Origin: Fimicolochytrium jonesii
Lineage: Eukaryota
Assembly (NCBI RefSeq): GCF_025526975.1
Contig: NW_026515686.1
Location: forward strand, 372,001-436,000
DNA: 64,000 nucleotides
Direction: 5' to 3'
Of this stretch, positions 24,569 through 37,277 are shown piece after piece (positions within the stretch are counted from its first letter, which is position 1; each line of letters starts with the position of its first letter). A program made the translations under genes and the position numbers. The notes under the pieces are model-generated. The model was given only the letters and a program-made list of their open reading frames with translations, was not told the origin of the DNA and made no database searches.

Positions 24569-26892
24569 CTACATAAAGCCTACCCCGCGCTCATCCTCCC
24601 CGCCCTCGCCCTCGCCCAACAGCACCACCCTGACGCCCCTCCGTCTCAACCCGCCCATCACCCTCCCGCCCACAACCCCGACAACCCCGACACTCCTCAG
24701 CCGCGGACACGCGTCCGCCAGGGCGCGCCAGCCGTCCTCCGTCCACGCGCCCGCGTCCAGTGTCAGGTGGGTCAGGCGCGGTGTGTGGGGGAGGTGGATG
24801 CGGGGGGTTGTGTTGGTTGGGAGGGCGGGCGGGGCGTTCGACGTCAGGAATGACGGGGTTGGGTTGACCGACGATGAGAACGCCAGCCCCGTGGACGTGG
24901 TGTGGTTATCCGCGGGGTCGGGCACGTACGGCATTGCGAGACAGACCAGTCCCGGCGGTACATGATGGGGGAGATAGCACAGGCCGGTCAATTTCGGGAG
25001 CGTGGTGCAGACGGCCGCGAAATGGTGGTCGGTTGCGGAGGGGTGGCATCTGTTTAGGTTCAGCGTGGTGATGTTCGGTGTATGTGTCAACAGCGCGGTG
25101 AGTGCCGCGGGGGTGACGTTGACGAGGGATTCGATGTGGAGGGTCCGCAGGGTTGGGAGACACGTGAAAGATGTGACGAGGGGCGTGATGGGGATGTTGG
25201 AGAGGTTGGTTGGGGTGGGGTGGGTGTGGATGATCGCTAGGTGTGTTAGGGTGGGAGGGAGGTGGGAGGCGAGTGCACCGAGGAGGTGGGACCAGCGGTC
25301 GCGGTCGGGCGATGTATCCGTGTCCGTGTCGTTGCATTTGTGTAGTTCGAGGTGGGTCAGTCCGGGTGCGTTGATGATCATGTGTGGTAATGTATGTGTA
25401 GAGAGGGAGGGAGAGTCGTCGTGGGACATGGCGAACGTGCAGTGGCGTAGACGGAGCCGCCTGAGCTGTTTCGCGGGGGAGAGGGGTATGGTAGCAGGGA
25501 GGGTGTGGTTGACGAGCGTTAGGTCCGCGAGATTCACGCAATTCTCCCACACCGTTTTCACGGCAGCGGGGCCGACGCGCGAATGGGCGACGCCGGAGGA
25601 GTCTAGGGTGACTGACCGCAGGTTGGGGAGACATCGGACGGCGAGGTGGATGAGCGGGTCGGGGCCGGCGGTCACGGCCTGGTCGGACAATGCGAGGCGG
25701 CGGATGTTGGGGAGATGGATGAGGAGGTAGGCCAGTTTACGATCCGTGGGGAGCATCTCATCCAGTGCGTCGCGTAGAGGATCCTTTTGTTGCAGAGTGC
25801 ACATATAGTCTTCGAGGGAGAGGGATGAGCGGCGGCGGCTCATATGGGTGTACTCCCTGGCGGCGAGGATGGACGCGAGGGCGAGGAGCGCGTCCTTATT
25901 GTCGGTGCCGATTACAAGCGTCGCGACGGTAGCGCGGCAGCGCGCTAGGACTTCTAGGTCGGAGGAGTTGAGACGCTCCCAGAACCCGGGCGGGAAGAGC
26001 TCGAGACCGTGGGCGCGGTGAGCGACCTAGAAGCGATGAGAACAAATCATTCGCCATCAACCCATCAAGCAATCATGCGGTATCGACCATCGAATGTAAA
26101 CCATCAACCACTCATCAACAAACACGTGGGTGAGGGGAGTATTGCGCCTTTAGCGCAATGTGGTGCTCGCTTCGCTCGCAAAAGATATGACGTTCGCTGA
26201 AGCTCGCTAAGGAATGCGGTGAGGGGAGTCTTGCGCCTTTGGCGCAATGTGGCTCGCTCCGCTCGCGCTTCGCTGTCGCTAGCTGCTTCTTCGATCGGTC
26301 CCCTCGCTTCGCGCTCGCTCCGCTCGCAGCCTACCTCAATCAGGAACCCCGACGGCGTTCTCCGAGTCCGTTGCAATCCCTTCACATAACTCGCAGCATC
26401 CCGTAGTGATCCCCTCCCATCCAGCGCAGCACTCGGATCCGTATTCGTCAGATTCGCAACGGCCGCAGAAGTGGAAAGCGCCAAAGAATGCAAAAACAGA
26501 TTACTCTGCTTTAGACCATCGATGCGGGGGTATTTGTAGAGGTACTCTGTTGCAGTCAAAGAAAGCGCTTTGTTGACGAGACAGAGGGAGTAGAGGGCGG
26601 GTTGGTAGGCGGGGTCGGTGGTTAGGAGGCGGCAGATGTGGACCCAGAGTTCGATGGGGAGGCTGGGGACGGGGTTGCGGGGGGTATTCGTGTCTGGATT
26701 GTGTGAGATTGAAGGGCCGGTCGCTGCAGCTGTCCGATATAGGGTCGACTTGGAAGTGTCGATGGTGCTCAGCTGCAGGCGGGCCAATAACGAGCCCGGC
26801 GTCGACTCGGGCGTCTTGTAAGATATCGGCGCCGGCTTTGAGAAGGATCTCTCGTCGCCACCGAACCATTGGGCATGGAACATTTCCGACAT
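24569..26892 (-). CDS. F-box / LRR (RNI-like) protein; intron 26027-26334
   Basis: F-box PSLPIELWVHICRLL...LYSLCLVNK...EYLYKYP; repeated LRR segments (LPNLRSVTL, LRRLRL, LTHLEL, CPRLRSV). Confidence 0.8.
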
Positions 26893-27384
26893 GTTGTTAG
26901 AGGGGCGGGCTGGTCAAGGTGACCCCAAAGATGGGTTTTTTGACTCCAAGAAGAGGACGGTGATAGTTTCTGCGTGTCGGCCGTCCACTGCGCCGACGTC
27001 GAGAGAAGCGAGAGCACTGTACCGTATAGGAGTATGGGTGTGTCCTCTGTGGAGCGTCTGTGGGAGGGAGGCAGAGGGAGGGAGGGAGTTCGCAATAGCC
27101 ACGCCCGCCCCACAAGAGAGCGACCAGAAATCGCGTCGGTCTGCCCCCCTCAACAACAACAGACTGCGAACTCTCAAGATCAGAAGGAAGGGCCCCATCG
27201 CTCAGACTACACACATACCCTCACTCGCAATATCAGGTACGTGCGCCCAGCCCCTTCGCTTGGACTGTGCTTGCCGTCTGCTTCCTGCTCGCCATTCCAT
27301 AGCCAGGCTGTTAGCCACCACACGCGAACGCACGCACTCACCCTCATTCCAACCCCCAGTTCCCCAGAGGACACGCAATCCACA

Positions 27385-29323
27385 ATGGACGACGTTATCG
27401 CAAAGGTACGGCTCTCATCCTTCAAACGCCTTAATCTAGAGCCACCTCAACTCATCCTCCCTCTCCCGGCGTCCCGCAACAGATCCCAAACCTCGACCTC
27501 GCCCAATATGTCTTTCTCCTCACATCCGGCCCAAAAGAAGGCCAATCAGAAGCCCGCGCAAAAGTCCTCGAATACATCAAGGCCGACAGTGCGTCCCCCA
27601 TCTCCCCATCCCATCCCAACTCCCCCCCCCCCCCCCCCCCCAACTAATCCCCCCTCTCGCATACAGAAATGGCACCCTACTACACGCATTTAAGCACGGA
27701 GCTCGCCTTCCCGCGTGACAACACACTTCTGAGTGAATTGAAGAAAGATAACGAGGAGGAACTGAAGAAGCTGGATGCGAAGCTGGAGGATGCGGAGCAG
27801 AATTTGGGCGAGACGGATATCAGTGATGCGTTGATTGCCAGGGCCGGGTTTTTTGCGAGGATTGGTGATAAGGTAGGGAATAGTATATGGGGAGGGAGGG
27901 ATGGGTGGGGGTGTGGAGGGGAGGGGAAACGAGGACGACCGGAGCGGAGCGAATTCCGTGCCGCAGGCGCAATACCCGTCACCGGCCAGCGAACAATCGT
28001 GGTTTTTAGGCGAGCGAAGCGAGCCCCTGTCTTTAACTGTGAGCGGCAGCGAAGAACGGGGATCTGTTCAATCATCAACCGTTAACCATCATTCGCCCGT
28101 CAACCACACCACTCATCGTTACATCCACTCATCTCGCAATATCGAATGATAGGAAAAAGCACTAGCAGCCTACCGCCTCGCCTTCGACAAGACCGGTCCT
28201 CTAGGCCACCGCATCGACCTCGTATTCGCCACCATCCGCATCGGCTTCTTCTTCCGCGACAACGATCTCATCAGTCGTAACATCGAGAAAGCCAAGACGT
28301 ATGTCTTACATCGCCCCTTTTCAACCCACCCACCCCTGCCCTATCTCACATTTCACACCCACCCCTATGATCATCTAGATTGATTGAGGAAGGAGGCGAC
28401 TGGGACCGCCGCAACCGCCTCAAAGTATACGAAGGGATCTACCGCATCTCCATCCGGGACTTCAAGAACGCGATCCAGCTGTTTTTGGACACGCTGGCGA
28501 CGTTCACGAGCACCGAGTTGATGGAGTATAAGGATTTCGTCAAGTATACTGTTTGGACGGGGGTCATTACGTTGGGGAGGAGGGAGTATAAGAGCAAGGT
28601 GCGAGATTTTATCGAGCTGGGACACGTAGTCGACCGCGGGCTGGGGAGAGAGAGAGGTTGGGTGGACGGATGGGGACTGATGAATGGATATATGACCTTC
28701 TTCCTTTTTCAGGTCCTGACAGCCCCCGAGATCCTCGAAGCAATCGACCAAGTCCCGCACCTCTCCTCCTTCGCCAACTCGCTGTACAACGGAAACTACG
28801 CCCAGTTCTTCGAATCCCTCGGTAAATATCCACCCCCCCGCCATCCCGCTCCCAGGGGTATCACATCCCCCCCCTCGTATCCTAACCTCCTTTGTTTCGT
28901 TTCGCTCAACAGCCCAAATCGAAACCCAAATGAAATCAGACCGGCTCCTCCACCCGCACTACCGCTACTACGTCCGCGAGATGCGCATCGCTGCCTACGC
29001 CCAGCTCCTGGAGTCGTACCGGAGTCTGAGCGTCGAATCGATGGCGAGCTCGTTTGGGGTCACTGAGGAGTGGATCGACTCGTAAGGACCAAAAAAACGA
29101 ATTTCACAATTCATGTGGTGATACTGACGCGCCGTTCTGACGGGATAGGGATTTGTCCAAGTTTATCGCAGCGGGCCGGCTGAACGCGGTGATTGATAAG
29201 GTGGGCGGGATCGTGGAGACGAACCGGCCGGACGCAAAGAACGCGCAGTATCAGGGGGTGATTAGGCAGGGGGATCTGTTGCTGAATCGCGTGCAGAAGT
29301 TGAGTAGGGTTGTGACTGTTTGA
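27385..29323 (+). CDS. RPN7: 26S proteasome lid subunit Rpn7/PSMD6
   Basis: [41 protein letters not shown]...[24 protein letters not shown]. Confidence 0.97.
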
Positions 29324-29658
29324 ATGTGGTGGGAGAGGGGGAGTGGGGGCATCCAAGATGATGGGGTGATTGTAATAAGAATAAGATTTCTGTACAGCTT
29401 GGAAACAAAAAAACAAAATAACGAGCGAGGATGTGACGGCGCTTAAATATGGGATGTGAAGGGGCTCAGTGGGGCTATGGTAAACAGGTGATGATGGTGG
29501 ATAAAAATGATGGTGGTGGTGTGTGTTTGCGCGTGCAGTGGTGTGGTGGGTAAGGGAGCTATCGGTATTCTCAAAATCGCTCCCATGTCGTTCCCCCTTC
29601 GCGATCCTCCTCTCGTCCCTCCTCTTCCCGCTCCAACTCCCTCTCTCTCTCCAGCCCT

Positions 29659-30363
29659 TTACGCCGTCTCCACATCCATCCCGACAACCTCCTTGACTTC
29701 CACCCTCTCCACGACCCTCCTCCTAACGCTCTCATCGCCCACCAACTCGATATTCCGCCCGACAAGCACCCCATCCTGCTTCCGCTCCATCTCGCTCTTC
29801 CCGCGCATACGGTTGAGGTAGTGCACCCGCCCGCGCTTGGCTTTAATCTCGGCGACCCTCTTCATGGCTTTCAGAGTGGTGGCCATGAGGGACCGGTCGT
29901 AGCGGACGGGCACGTTGCGCCGTTTTTCGAATTCGAGGGTTGTGTCCTGGGAATTTGGAGAGAAAGAGATCGGTTAGAACTGGACAGACAGATGAAATGA
30001 GGGGCTCCCGATCGATAATTGTGACTTACGATCGTCATTTCTTTGCCTGCAGCCCGCCTGAACGCTTTCGTCCACCGGACTTTACGGGGGTTACGTTTCA
30101 TTTTGAAGTTTTTGTGGCATTTTGACCGGCACTGGGGGAATCACAGAGGGCGTTAGTAAGCGTCTACATGAAATACGAGAACGCACAGCAAACGGCGATT
30201 GAGACAGCCACGCAAAGCGAGCAAAACAAGTGAACTCTTGACTCGGGAGGGTGGTGGAGTGAATACTTACGAAGCGAAAGACCTTGGAGTCGTTCCTGAC
30301 GAACATGGTGCCGTGGCCGGGGTAGACGGTGCTTGAGCAGAAGTAGCACTTTTCGAGACGCAT
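29659..30363 (-). CDS. RLP24: Ribosome biogenesis protein Rlp24/RSL24D1; two introns
   Basis: [63 protein letters not shown]...PVRYDR. Confidence 0.96.
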
Positions 30364-30776
30364 TGTTGCTGTCTTTGAGTATCAAGGGAGTGGTGGGGAA
30401 AATGAGGGTCTGGGGAAAAGGCCAAGTTCTGACCAGGAGTTGTGGGCCGGCAGCGTCGGTCGCAGAGGGACTGAGGTGTGAGTGAGCGAGTGAGTGGCCA
30501 CGTGACTGGAGGAATTCCTATGGGGCGCAGGGTGGCGCGCGTGTGGCGCATGTCCGTAGTGGGCTATACCGAATTCAGCGCCCCGCTCTCGGCGCTCAGA
30601 GAAAACGGAGAGACTTCAACCGGTGCACAGACAGGCCTGAGCTCAAATTGCCAACAACAGATTTGCAGGTAACTTACCGACGACGGAAGCTCACTGTGCC
30701 CCTACGAGAACTAACATCCGCAACCCACATTCTCAGGAGTAAGGCACACTTAGTGTCCCAACATCCCAACGCAAAC
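30364..30776. promoter_or_regulatory. Compact divergent promoter region between RLP24 and eIF3e
   Basis: 413 bp between head-to-head ATGs; contains an E-box-type CACGTGAC near 30499. Confidence 0.45.
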
Positions 30777-32812
30777 ATGGCAAAGTACGACCTCACGGAG
30801 AAGATCGGGCACTACTTGGACCGCCACATGGTGGCCCCGCTGCTCGAGTTCTTGTTGGGTCAGGAGGTGCGTACTATGAGAGGGGGGGGGTTCGATGGGT
30901 ATTAGATTTTGATGAGCCATGTGGATGTGGACTGGCAGAGTCGCGATAGGAGGGATCTCTGAAGTGGATTCGGGGAAGGGAGCGGAAGATAGAGAGCAAG
31001 GGTGGGTCGCGGGAGGAGCCCCAGTGGTAGGGAGTGCGACCCGGGGAGAATGCCCACGCGAGCGAAGCGAGGCCCGTTCCCATTTCACCGATCTATGTGA
31101 CGCAACTGAGACGGAGATCCGACTCGGTTATATCGAGCAATATAGAGCGAACCGATGGCGAGACTCCTGCCCACAGTGCGAAGCGAGGCACAAGCCCATC
31201 GCTATCGCCCTCCATCGATCGCTTGACTTCATTCTCGAGACACATGTCGAGAAAGTGACTGACCGTTTTATTTCTATTCCCTACAGATCTACCCAACCGA
31301 GAGCTTGATGCAGGCCAAGTACGACCTCCTGTCAAAGACGAAAATGATAGATTACACCAACGCTATCTATCGCGAGATCCACAACTTGGAGGACGAGGAG
31401 CAGAACGAGCCTGGTGCGTGGGGAATATAGGACATTGCGCTCAGTCGATGTCGGTGGAGGTCTAACACAAGCATTTTTCAATAGGATATGAGGAACGTCG
31501 TGCGAATGTCCTGACCAAGTTTGAGGAGCTGACCGACAAGAGTTCCGAGATCATGGAGACGATCCAGGACCCTGTTGTCATTCAGCAGCTGAAGCAGGAC
31601 AAGCTGGCCAACATCCAGTTTTTGACCGAGAAGTACAACGTGAGTGTCGGAGGATGGGGTAGCGGTGAAGGCGAGCTGCGAAGAGAGAAGACATGGTGTA
31701 ACTGATGTCCTTTCCTCCTTAGTTCAAACCGGAGATGCTCAACGCTCTGTACGACTTTGCCCTGTACAACTACGACATCGGAAACTATGCTAGCGCTGCT
31801 GAGATGCTGTATCACTTCCGTATTCTGGTGAGCATCTGGATTGAATGTTGATATCGCAAAGAGTAGTATGAAACTGACGCCCTCCTTCTCTCCCGAAAAG
31901 TCCACGGACTACGACCAGAACGTCAGCTCCCTCTGGGGCAAGCTCGCGTCCGAGATCCTCACCCAAAACTGGGAAACCGCCTACGACGACCTTAACCGTC
32001 TCAAAGAGATGATCGAGCAACGCAACTTCTCCTCCCACCTCGAAGCCCTCCAACAACGCTCTTGGCTAATCCACTGGTCGCTCTTCGTCTTCTTCAACCA
32101 CCCCAAAGGCCGCGACGGCATCGTGGACCTCTTCTTCCAACCACAATACCTCAACACCATCCAGACCGCCTGCCCCTGGATCCTCCGCTACCTCGCCACG
32201 GCCGCCGTCGTCAACAAGAAACGCAGAAACGTCATGAAGGACCTCATCCGCGTCATTCAGCAGGAATCCAACGCGTACAAGGACCCCATCACGGAGTTCA
32301 TCGAGGCCCTCTACGTCAACTTTGATTTCGACGGCGCGCAGATCAAATTGAAGGAATGCGACGACGTCATCGCCAACGACTTCTTCCTCGTCTCCCTACA
32401 AGAAGACTTCAAAGAGAACGGCCGCTTATTCATCTTTGAAACCTACTGCCGTATCCACCAACACATCAACATCAGCGACGTCTCGTCTAAACTCGACCTG
32501 CAACCTGAGGAAGGCGAGAAATGGATCGTGAACCTGATCCGTAACGCGCGCATGGACGCCAAGATTGATAGCGAGACGGATACGGTTGTGATGGGCACCC
32601 ACCATAATTCGGTGTATCAGCAGGTTATCGAGCGGACGAAGGCGTTGAGCTTTAGGTCGAGTTTGTTGGCGAATAATATTGAGAAGAGGGAGGGGGAGTT
32701 GGCGCAGAGGAAGAAGGGGAAGAGTTCGGGGGGTGGGCACGGGGTTGCGGGTGGGAAGAGGGAGGAGCATGGGAAGGGGAGGAAGGCGGAGGTTGGGGGG
32801 GATGATGCGTAA
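30777..32812 (+). CDS. EIF3E: Eukaryotic translation initiation factor 3 subunit E (Int6)
   Basis: MAKYDLT...[85 protein letters not shown]. Confidence 0.97.
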
Positions 32813-33168
32813 GGAAGGAACCATGGACGTACGAAGGTCCGTTAGCTTCCCTAGTCTCGGGTCCCACCCATCCCACCACGCATCCCTTTACATATATCTA
32901 TATAACGCCATCCGCCGTCTCGATGTAGTCTAGCGCCCTACTGAGTGGTGTTTGCTACTTAGATACGGCAGCCTCTGCACTTGTTATTTGATTCGCTCAC
33001 TTTTGTTCATTGTATGTACTGGTTCCATGATATCAGATGCGATGAGTGTGTTATAACATATGATTGCGCGCGGTTCAACGTGCGAGGGACGCGGGTGGGC
33101 GAGGACGGGTGGGGAAAGCGACTGACCACCTCCCATCCGGCAATACTGGAGTCCCCATCTCACCCGGC

Positions 33169-35598
33169 ATGTGCGCCACCACGCCCACCGCAACCCCCAC
33201 CCCACGCCATCGCCTCCGCCAATACCGCGTCCGCCGCGCAGCTTCCACGTCCTCCTCTTCCGACAGCGACGATGCCAACGATGCAGTCAAGCCCCCTTCC
33301 ACGCGTACGACCGGGAGACAAGTGGGACGACAGCATGCGGAGGTGGTGGTTGAGGAGGTGGATGGTGGCGAGGTGGCGAGTGCGGAGGTGAAGGATGATA
33401 CCGATATGCACGGACCCGATACCGATTTTCCAGCAGGGGGTGCGGGGATACGGGCCTTATCGATCGCGGAGCCTGTGGGACGGGTTGGGGAAGCGAACGA
33501 GAGCACCCGTGCGCCACCGACGGGAGGGGATGCGATACGTGCGGCCGCAAAGCATGCGACGGAAGACGCTGAGACGGTCCCCAACGCCCTCACCCCGCTC
33601 CACATCCTCGCCACGCCGTCCCGCGGCCGCGGGATCTACTCCCCGGGCCCCATCTGCTCCGGTACGGTCTATCCCAAGTCAATCCGTGTCCGCGCTTTTT
33701 GGCTAACACTCGCCAATAGGTCGACAGCTGTACAACGAGGGTCCGTACGCCGCTGCGCTATCCACCGCGCACCTCGGCACGCATTGCAGCGGATGTTTCG
33801 GATCGCTTCGGAAGGTGCTGAGGTGCACGGGGTGTGGGGTTGTGTGTTACTGTGGGGTGGGGTGTCAGAGGGGGGATTGGGGGGTGCATAGGTGGGAGTG
33901 TGCGGCGTGGAGGGCCGTGAAGGGGAGGGTGCCGACGACGGCGGTGAGGGTGCTTTGTAGGCTGCTTTGGAAGAGGGCAAGGGATAGAGCTGGGGTAGGT
34001 GTTTGTGCGGTTTGGCAAGCATGTGATGTGGAATGTGATAACCCTAGAGACTGACTGGGAGGGGGTTTGATATGGTAGTATGAGAAGATTGATGCGTTGG
34101 TTTCAAGTAAGTTCGCCCCACATCCACTCAATCTCACAGCTCGCCTTTGGCATGACTCACCGTGGCGCCGTCACGCAGACAGAGAGCACTACACACAAGA
34201 CAAGATCGAGACGTTTGCGCAGATGGCGATGTTGATCCGGTCGATTGTGGGCGAGGAGGTGTGTTTGGATGCGGGGGGGATGGTGCGGGTCTTGTGCATG
34301 GTAGGTTGAGATGGTTTGTTAATTGGGAGGGGATGTTGCGGGGGGAGGCGGGGAACGGGGGAAGCGGACGAGCAGAAGTGCTATGAGGATTGAGGGGTCC
34401 AGTTTGGGAGATGCACCAAGCGGTTATTGAAGGTGGCATTGATTGGACTTCTTGTGTTTTTTCGCAGTTCAGCTGTAACAGCATCTCCATCTGCGACGAA
34501 GAACTCGTCAACATCGGTGAGCGTTACCCCACTTCCCCCTTCCCCCCTCCCTCCTAACCATTTCCTAAACCCCCCTCCCTTCTTAGGCGTCGGGATCTAC
34601 CCAACCCTCTCCCTTATCAACCACTCCTGCGTCCCCAACACCGCCCTTATCTTTTCCGGTTCAACCGCCACGCTGAGGAGTATTAGGGAGATACGACCCG
34701 GTGAGGAGATTTGCCAGAGTTATACGGAAGTTGCGGACCCGGAGAGTGTCCGGAGGCGGGGGTTGCGGGAGGCGTATTTTTTTGAGTGTTGTTGTGAGGG
34801 GTGTGTGGGGGAGGGGGTGAAGGTAGGTTGGGGTTGCGCCGTGTTCGGGAGGGGAGGCTATGATCTGATCATTCTTGCTAATTCTTGTGGGATCAGACCG
34901 CAGACCCCCGCACATCCTACATCTGTCCCCTCCCACGCTGTCCCGGGGTCCTTTTCCCCATCTCCCAACCGCACAACGACCACTCAATCCGTCCAGACTC
35001 CGACGACGATATCGAATCCGAAGACCCCACGACTTACCACTGCACAACCCACGGTCCCCTCCTCGCCCCGCACCTCTCCACCTTCCTCACCAACCTCACT
35101 CACGCCCGAAAACAGTTTTATACACCTGGATCCGATCTCCCCGCCTCGGCACCTCGACCACCCATCCCACACCTCGAATCTTCCCTCAAACTCTGGTCAA
35201 CCCTAGCCCCACCCACCCACCACCTCCGCATCGCCCTGCACCGCGCCCTTCAAGCCGCCCACCTCTCCACCGGAAATCTACGAGCCGCTCTGGTGCATGC
35301 GGAGATGTTGGCAGGCGCTTATGCGGAGATATATAACCCGCGGGGCGGGACGTACCACCCCGCGGTATCAGTACAGCGGTACCTGGCCTTCACGCTCCGG
35401 TTTACGATCGCTGTTGAGGAGGACGGGAGAGGGAACGGGCTGAATGAGGACGAAGAGGGGTTGCGGGGTCTTGCGAGGGACGGCAGGGAGGTTGTGCGGC
35501 TTTTGGGGGTAAGTCATGGCGAGGCGAGTGCGTTGTGGAGGGAGGCGAGGGGGAGGGGGGAGGAGGTTGAGGTGAGGTTAAGGGGGAGGGGGTTTTGA
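33169..35598 (+). CDS. SET and MYND domain lysine methyltransferase (SMYD family); multi-exon
   Basis: RGRGIY; MYND CSGC...RCTGCGVVCYCGVGCQRGDW..HRWEC; GIYPTLSLINHSCVPN; GEEICQSY; post-SET YFFECCCEGC. Confidence 0.9.
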
Positions 35599-35832
35599 GG
35601 TGGTGGGGAACGGGCGTTGTGGGTGAGAAGAGTTGATCGATGAGGATAATGTAGTGAGTACGTAGGGAAGGTTTGTAGGTAGGAATGTCCACTTCTTTTT
35701 GCGTAGTGGTATATAGTGCTGTTGCATATGCAAATACGGTGTCTTTGTATCTCACTCGCACAGAAAATATATGCACAGTAATGGGGTAAACGGTGAATGG
35801 GGTAAACGGCTACGTTCACCGCTGGGGTTGCA

Positions 35833-36594
35833 CTATCGCGGCGACCCCGGCGGAGATCCCAGCATCGCGGTCGGGGTGCATATCATCGCCGCAGCCAAGA
35901 TCGCACGCTTCGATGCCATGATGTCCCAGTAGGCTACCGTACACCCGTGGGTCTCAGCCTGCGTCATATCGAAGTTGGGCAGGGCGGGGTCGTCATCGAG
36001 ATGCGTAAGAAAGGCCAGCGTCGACTGGGGGCAGTTGTGCATGACGTTCTGGTAGTACGTGCCATACTCAGGGCGATGTGCTTCGCCTGATGTGCCAATG
36101 CGGATGTTGACCAGCATCTCTGACAGCGAGCTGCTGTTGTCTACGTACGTTGTGCTCAGCATGCTACCCACGTACATCACAGCAGAGCCATGATGGCGCT
36201 TGCTGCTGCGCGCCAACAGAAGCGCCGCAGACACAAGGACGCACTGCCTCGTTGTAAACGCCTCAGTGCTCTCGCTAGTTGTGCTAAAGCATGAGAGGGG
36301 ATCTATCACCGCAGTGATCCGCCTGGAGGGACGCAGGTCCAATGTGTCGGCGTGAGTAGCCCACTCGTCATACAGAGCACGCATGCGGGGGTCTGCGGCA
36401 TCGATCGTCGGGTACGCACGTTTCTGGTTGCCGCTGCGTGCGCCATGTAGTCTAGAGCTTTGCCGGTGGTAGCGGCACATCGGGTCAGTGCTTGTCGCAA
36501 CGCCATGGTGGAAGTTCGCGGCGGCTAGAACGTTGCTGGCAAAGCGCTGTCGGTTCCCGAGTATAAGGACTTGCCCAATTCCAACATGAAGATC
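35833..36594 (-). other. Intronless orphan reading frame, candidate endogenous viral element (cap-methyltransferase-like motif)
   Basis: About 250 stop-free codons beginning at the retroelement junction; segment RQCVLVSAALLLARSSKRHHGSAVMYVGS...VAYWD. Confidence 0.4.
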
Positions 36595-37150
36595 CTACCA
36601 CAATACCTTGGACCATTTGCGGTACTGGCCGCCGGCGACACCCAACACCTTCCGCTTGGATCTTCCGAAATTTTTTTTTTATCTCTGCAACATCGCGTCT
36701 TCCATACCGATGTTCTACGGCACTACAGCGCCCCACCGCCAAAGTATACCGTCAGCTCGGATGGACACCCTTACGCCGAGATCTTACGCCAAAGGGAACT
36801 CAATGGACGCACATGGTATCTCGCCAGGCGCTCTGGGGAGAGCCCGCACACGGCGGATTGGGTGCGGCTTCCGGAAATCAAGGACTCTCTCGCACTGCTC
36901 GCATACATGAAGAACTGGCCCACCACTACCGTCGCCGCACATGATCCATTACCACCACCTCCGCCGGCACCCGAGGATCTCTGACCACCTTCATCCACAA
37001 CCGTACATCTTGACAACGACCTGCAACATCCCCATTACTCCGTACATAGTTACCTTCTCCCCGCACGGTTCCATTTTGAAAACTCTTCGAGTTTTGAGGG
37101 GGGTGTTAGGGAACCGTGCCCTCACGTGACCATATATTAGTTGCATACCC
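36571..37150 (+). mobile_element. Ty3/gypsy chromovirus 3' fragment: integrase C-terminus, chromodomain, PPT and start of 3' LTR
   Basis: KILPQYLGPF (GPF motif), FRLDLP in a shifted frame, VFHTDVLRHY; chromo-like EILRQRELNGRTWYLARRSGESPHTADW; PPT GAGGGGGG 37096-37103 immediately followed by TGTTAGG. Confidence 0.85.
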
Positions 37151-37277
37151 CCTGCTCTAGACTACACTGAATACATTGAGGAGGTTCTCATCACAGTATC
37201 GCACAACCCAACACATCTTGACGTTTTTTGTTTTTAATGTGGCGCACCGCGGGCCTGCGCACGAAGAACACAGCGCG

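Noticed and set aside
30867..31286. Intronic box C/D snoRNA in eIF3e intron 1 (TGATGA near 30910, CTGA downstream)
   Set aside because: Box spacing is too long and no terminal stem or rRNA guide is recognisable
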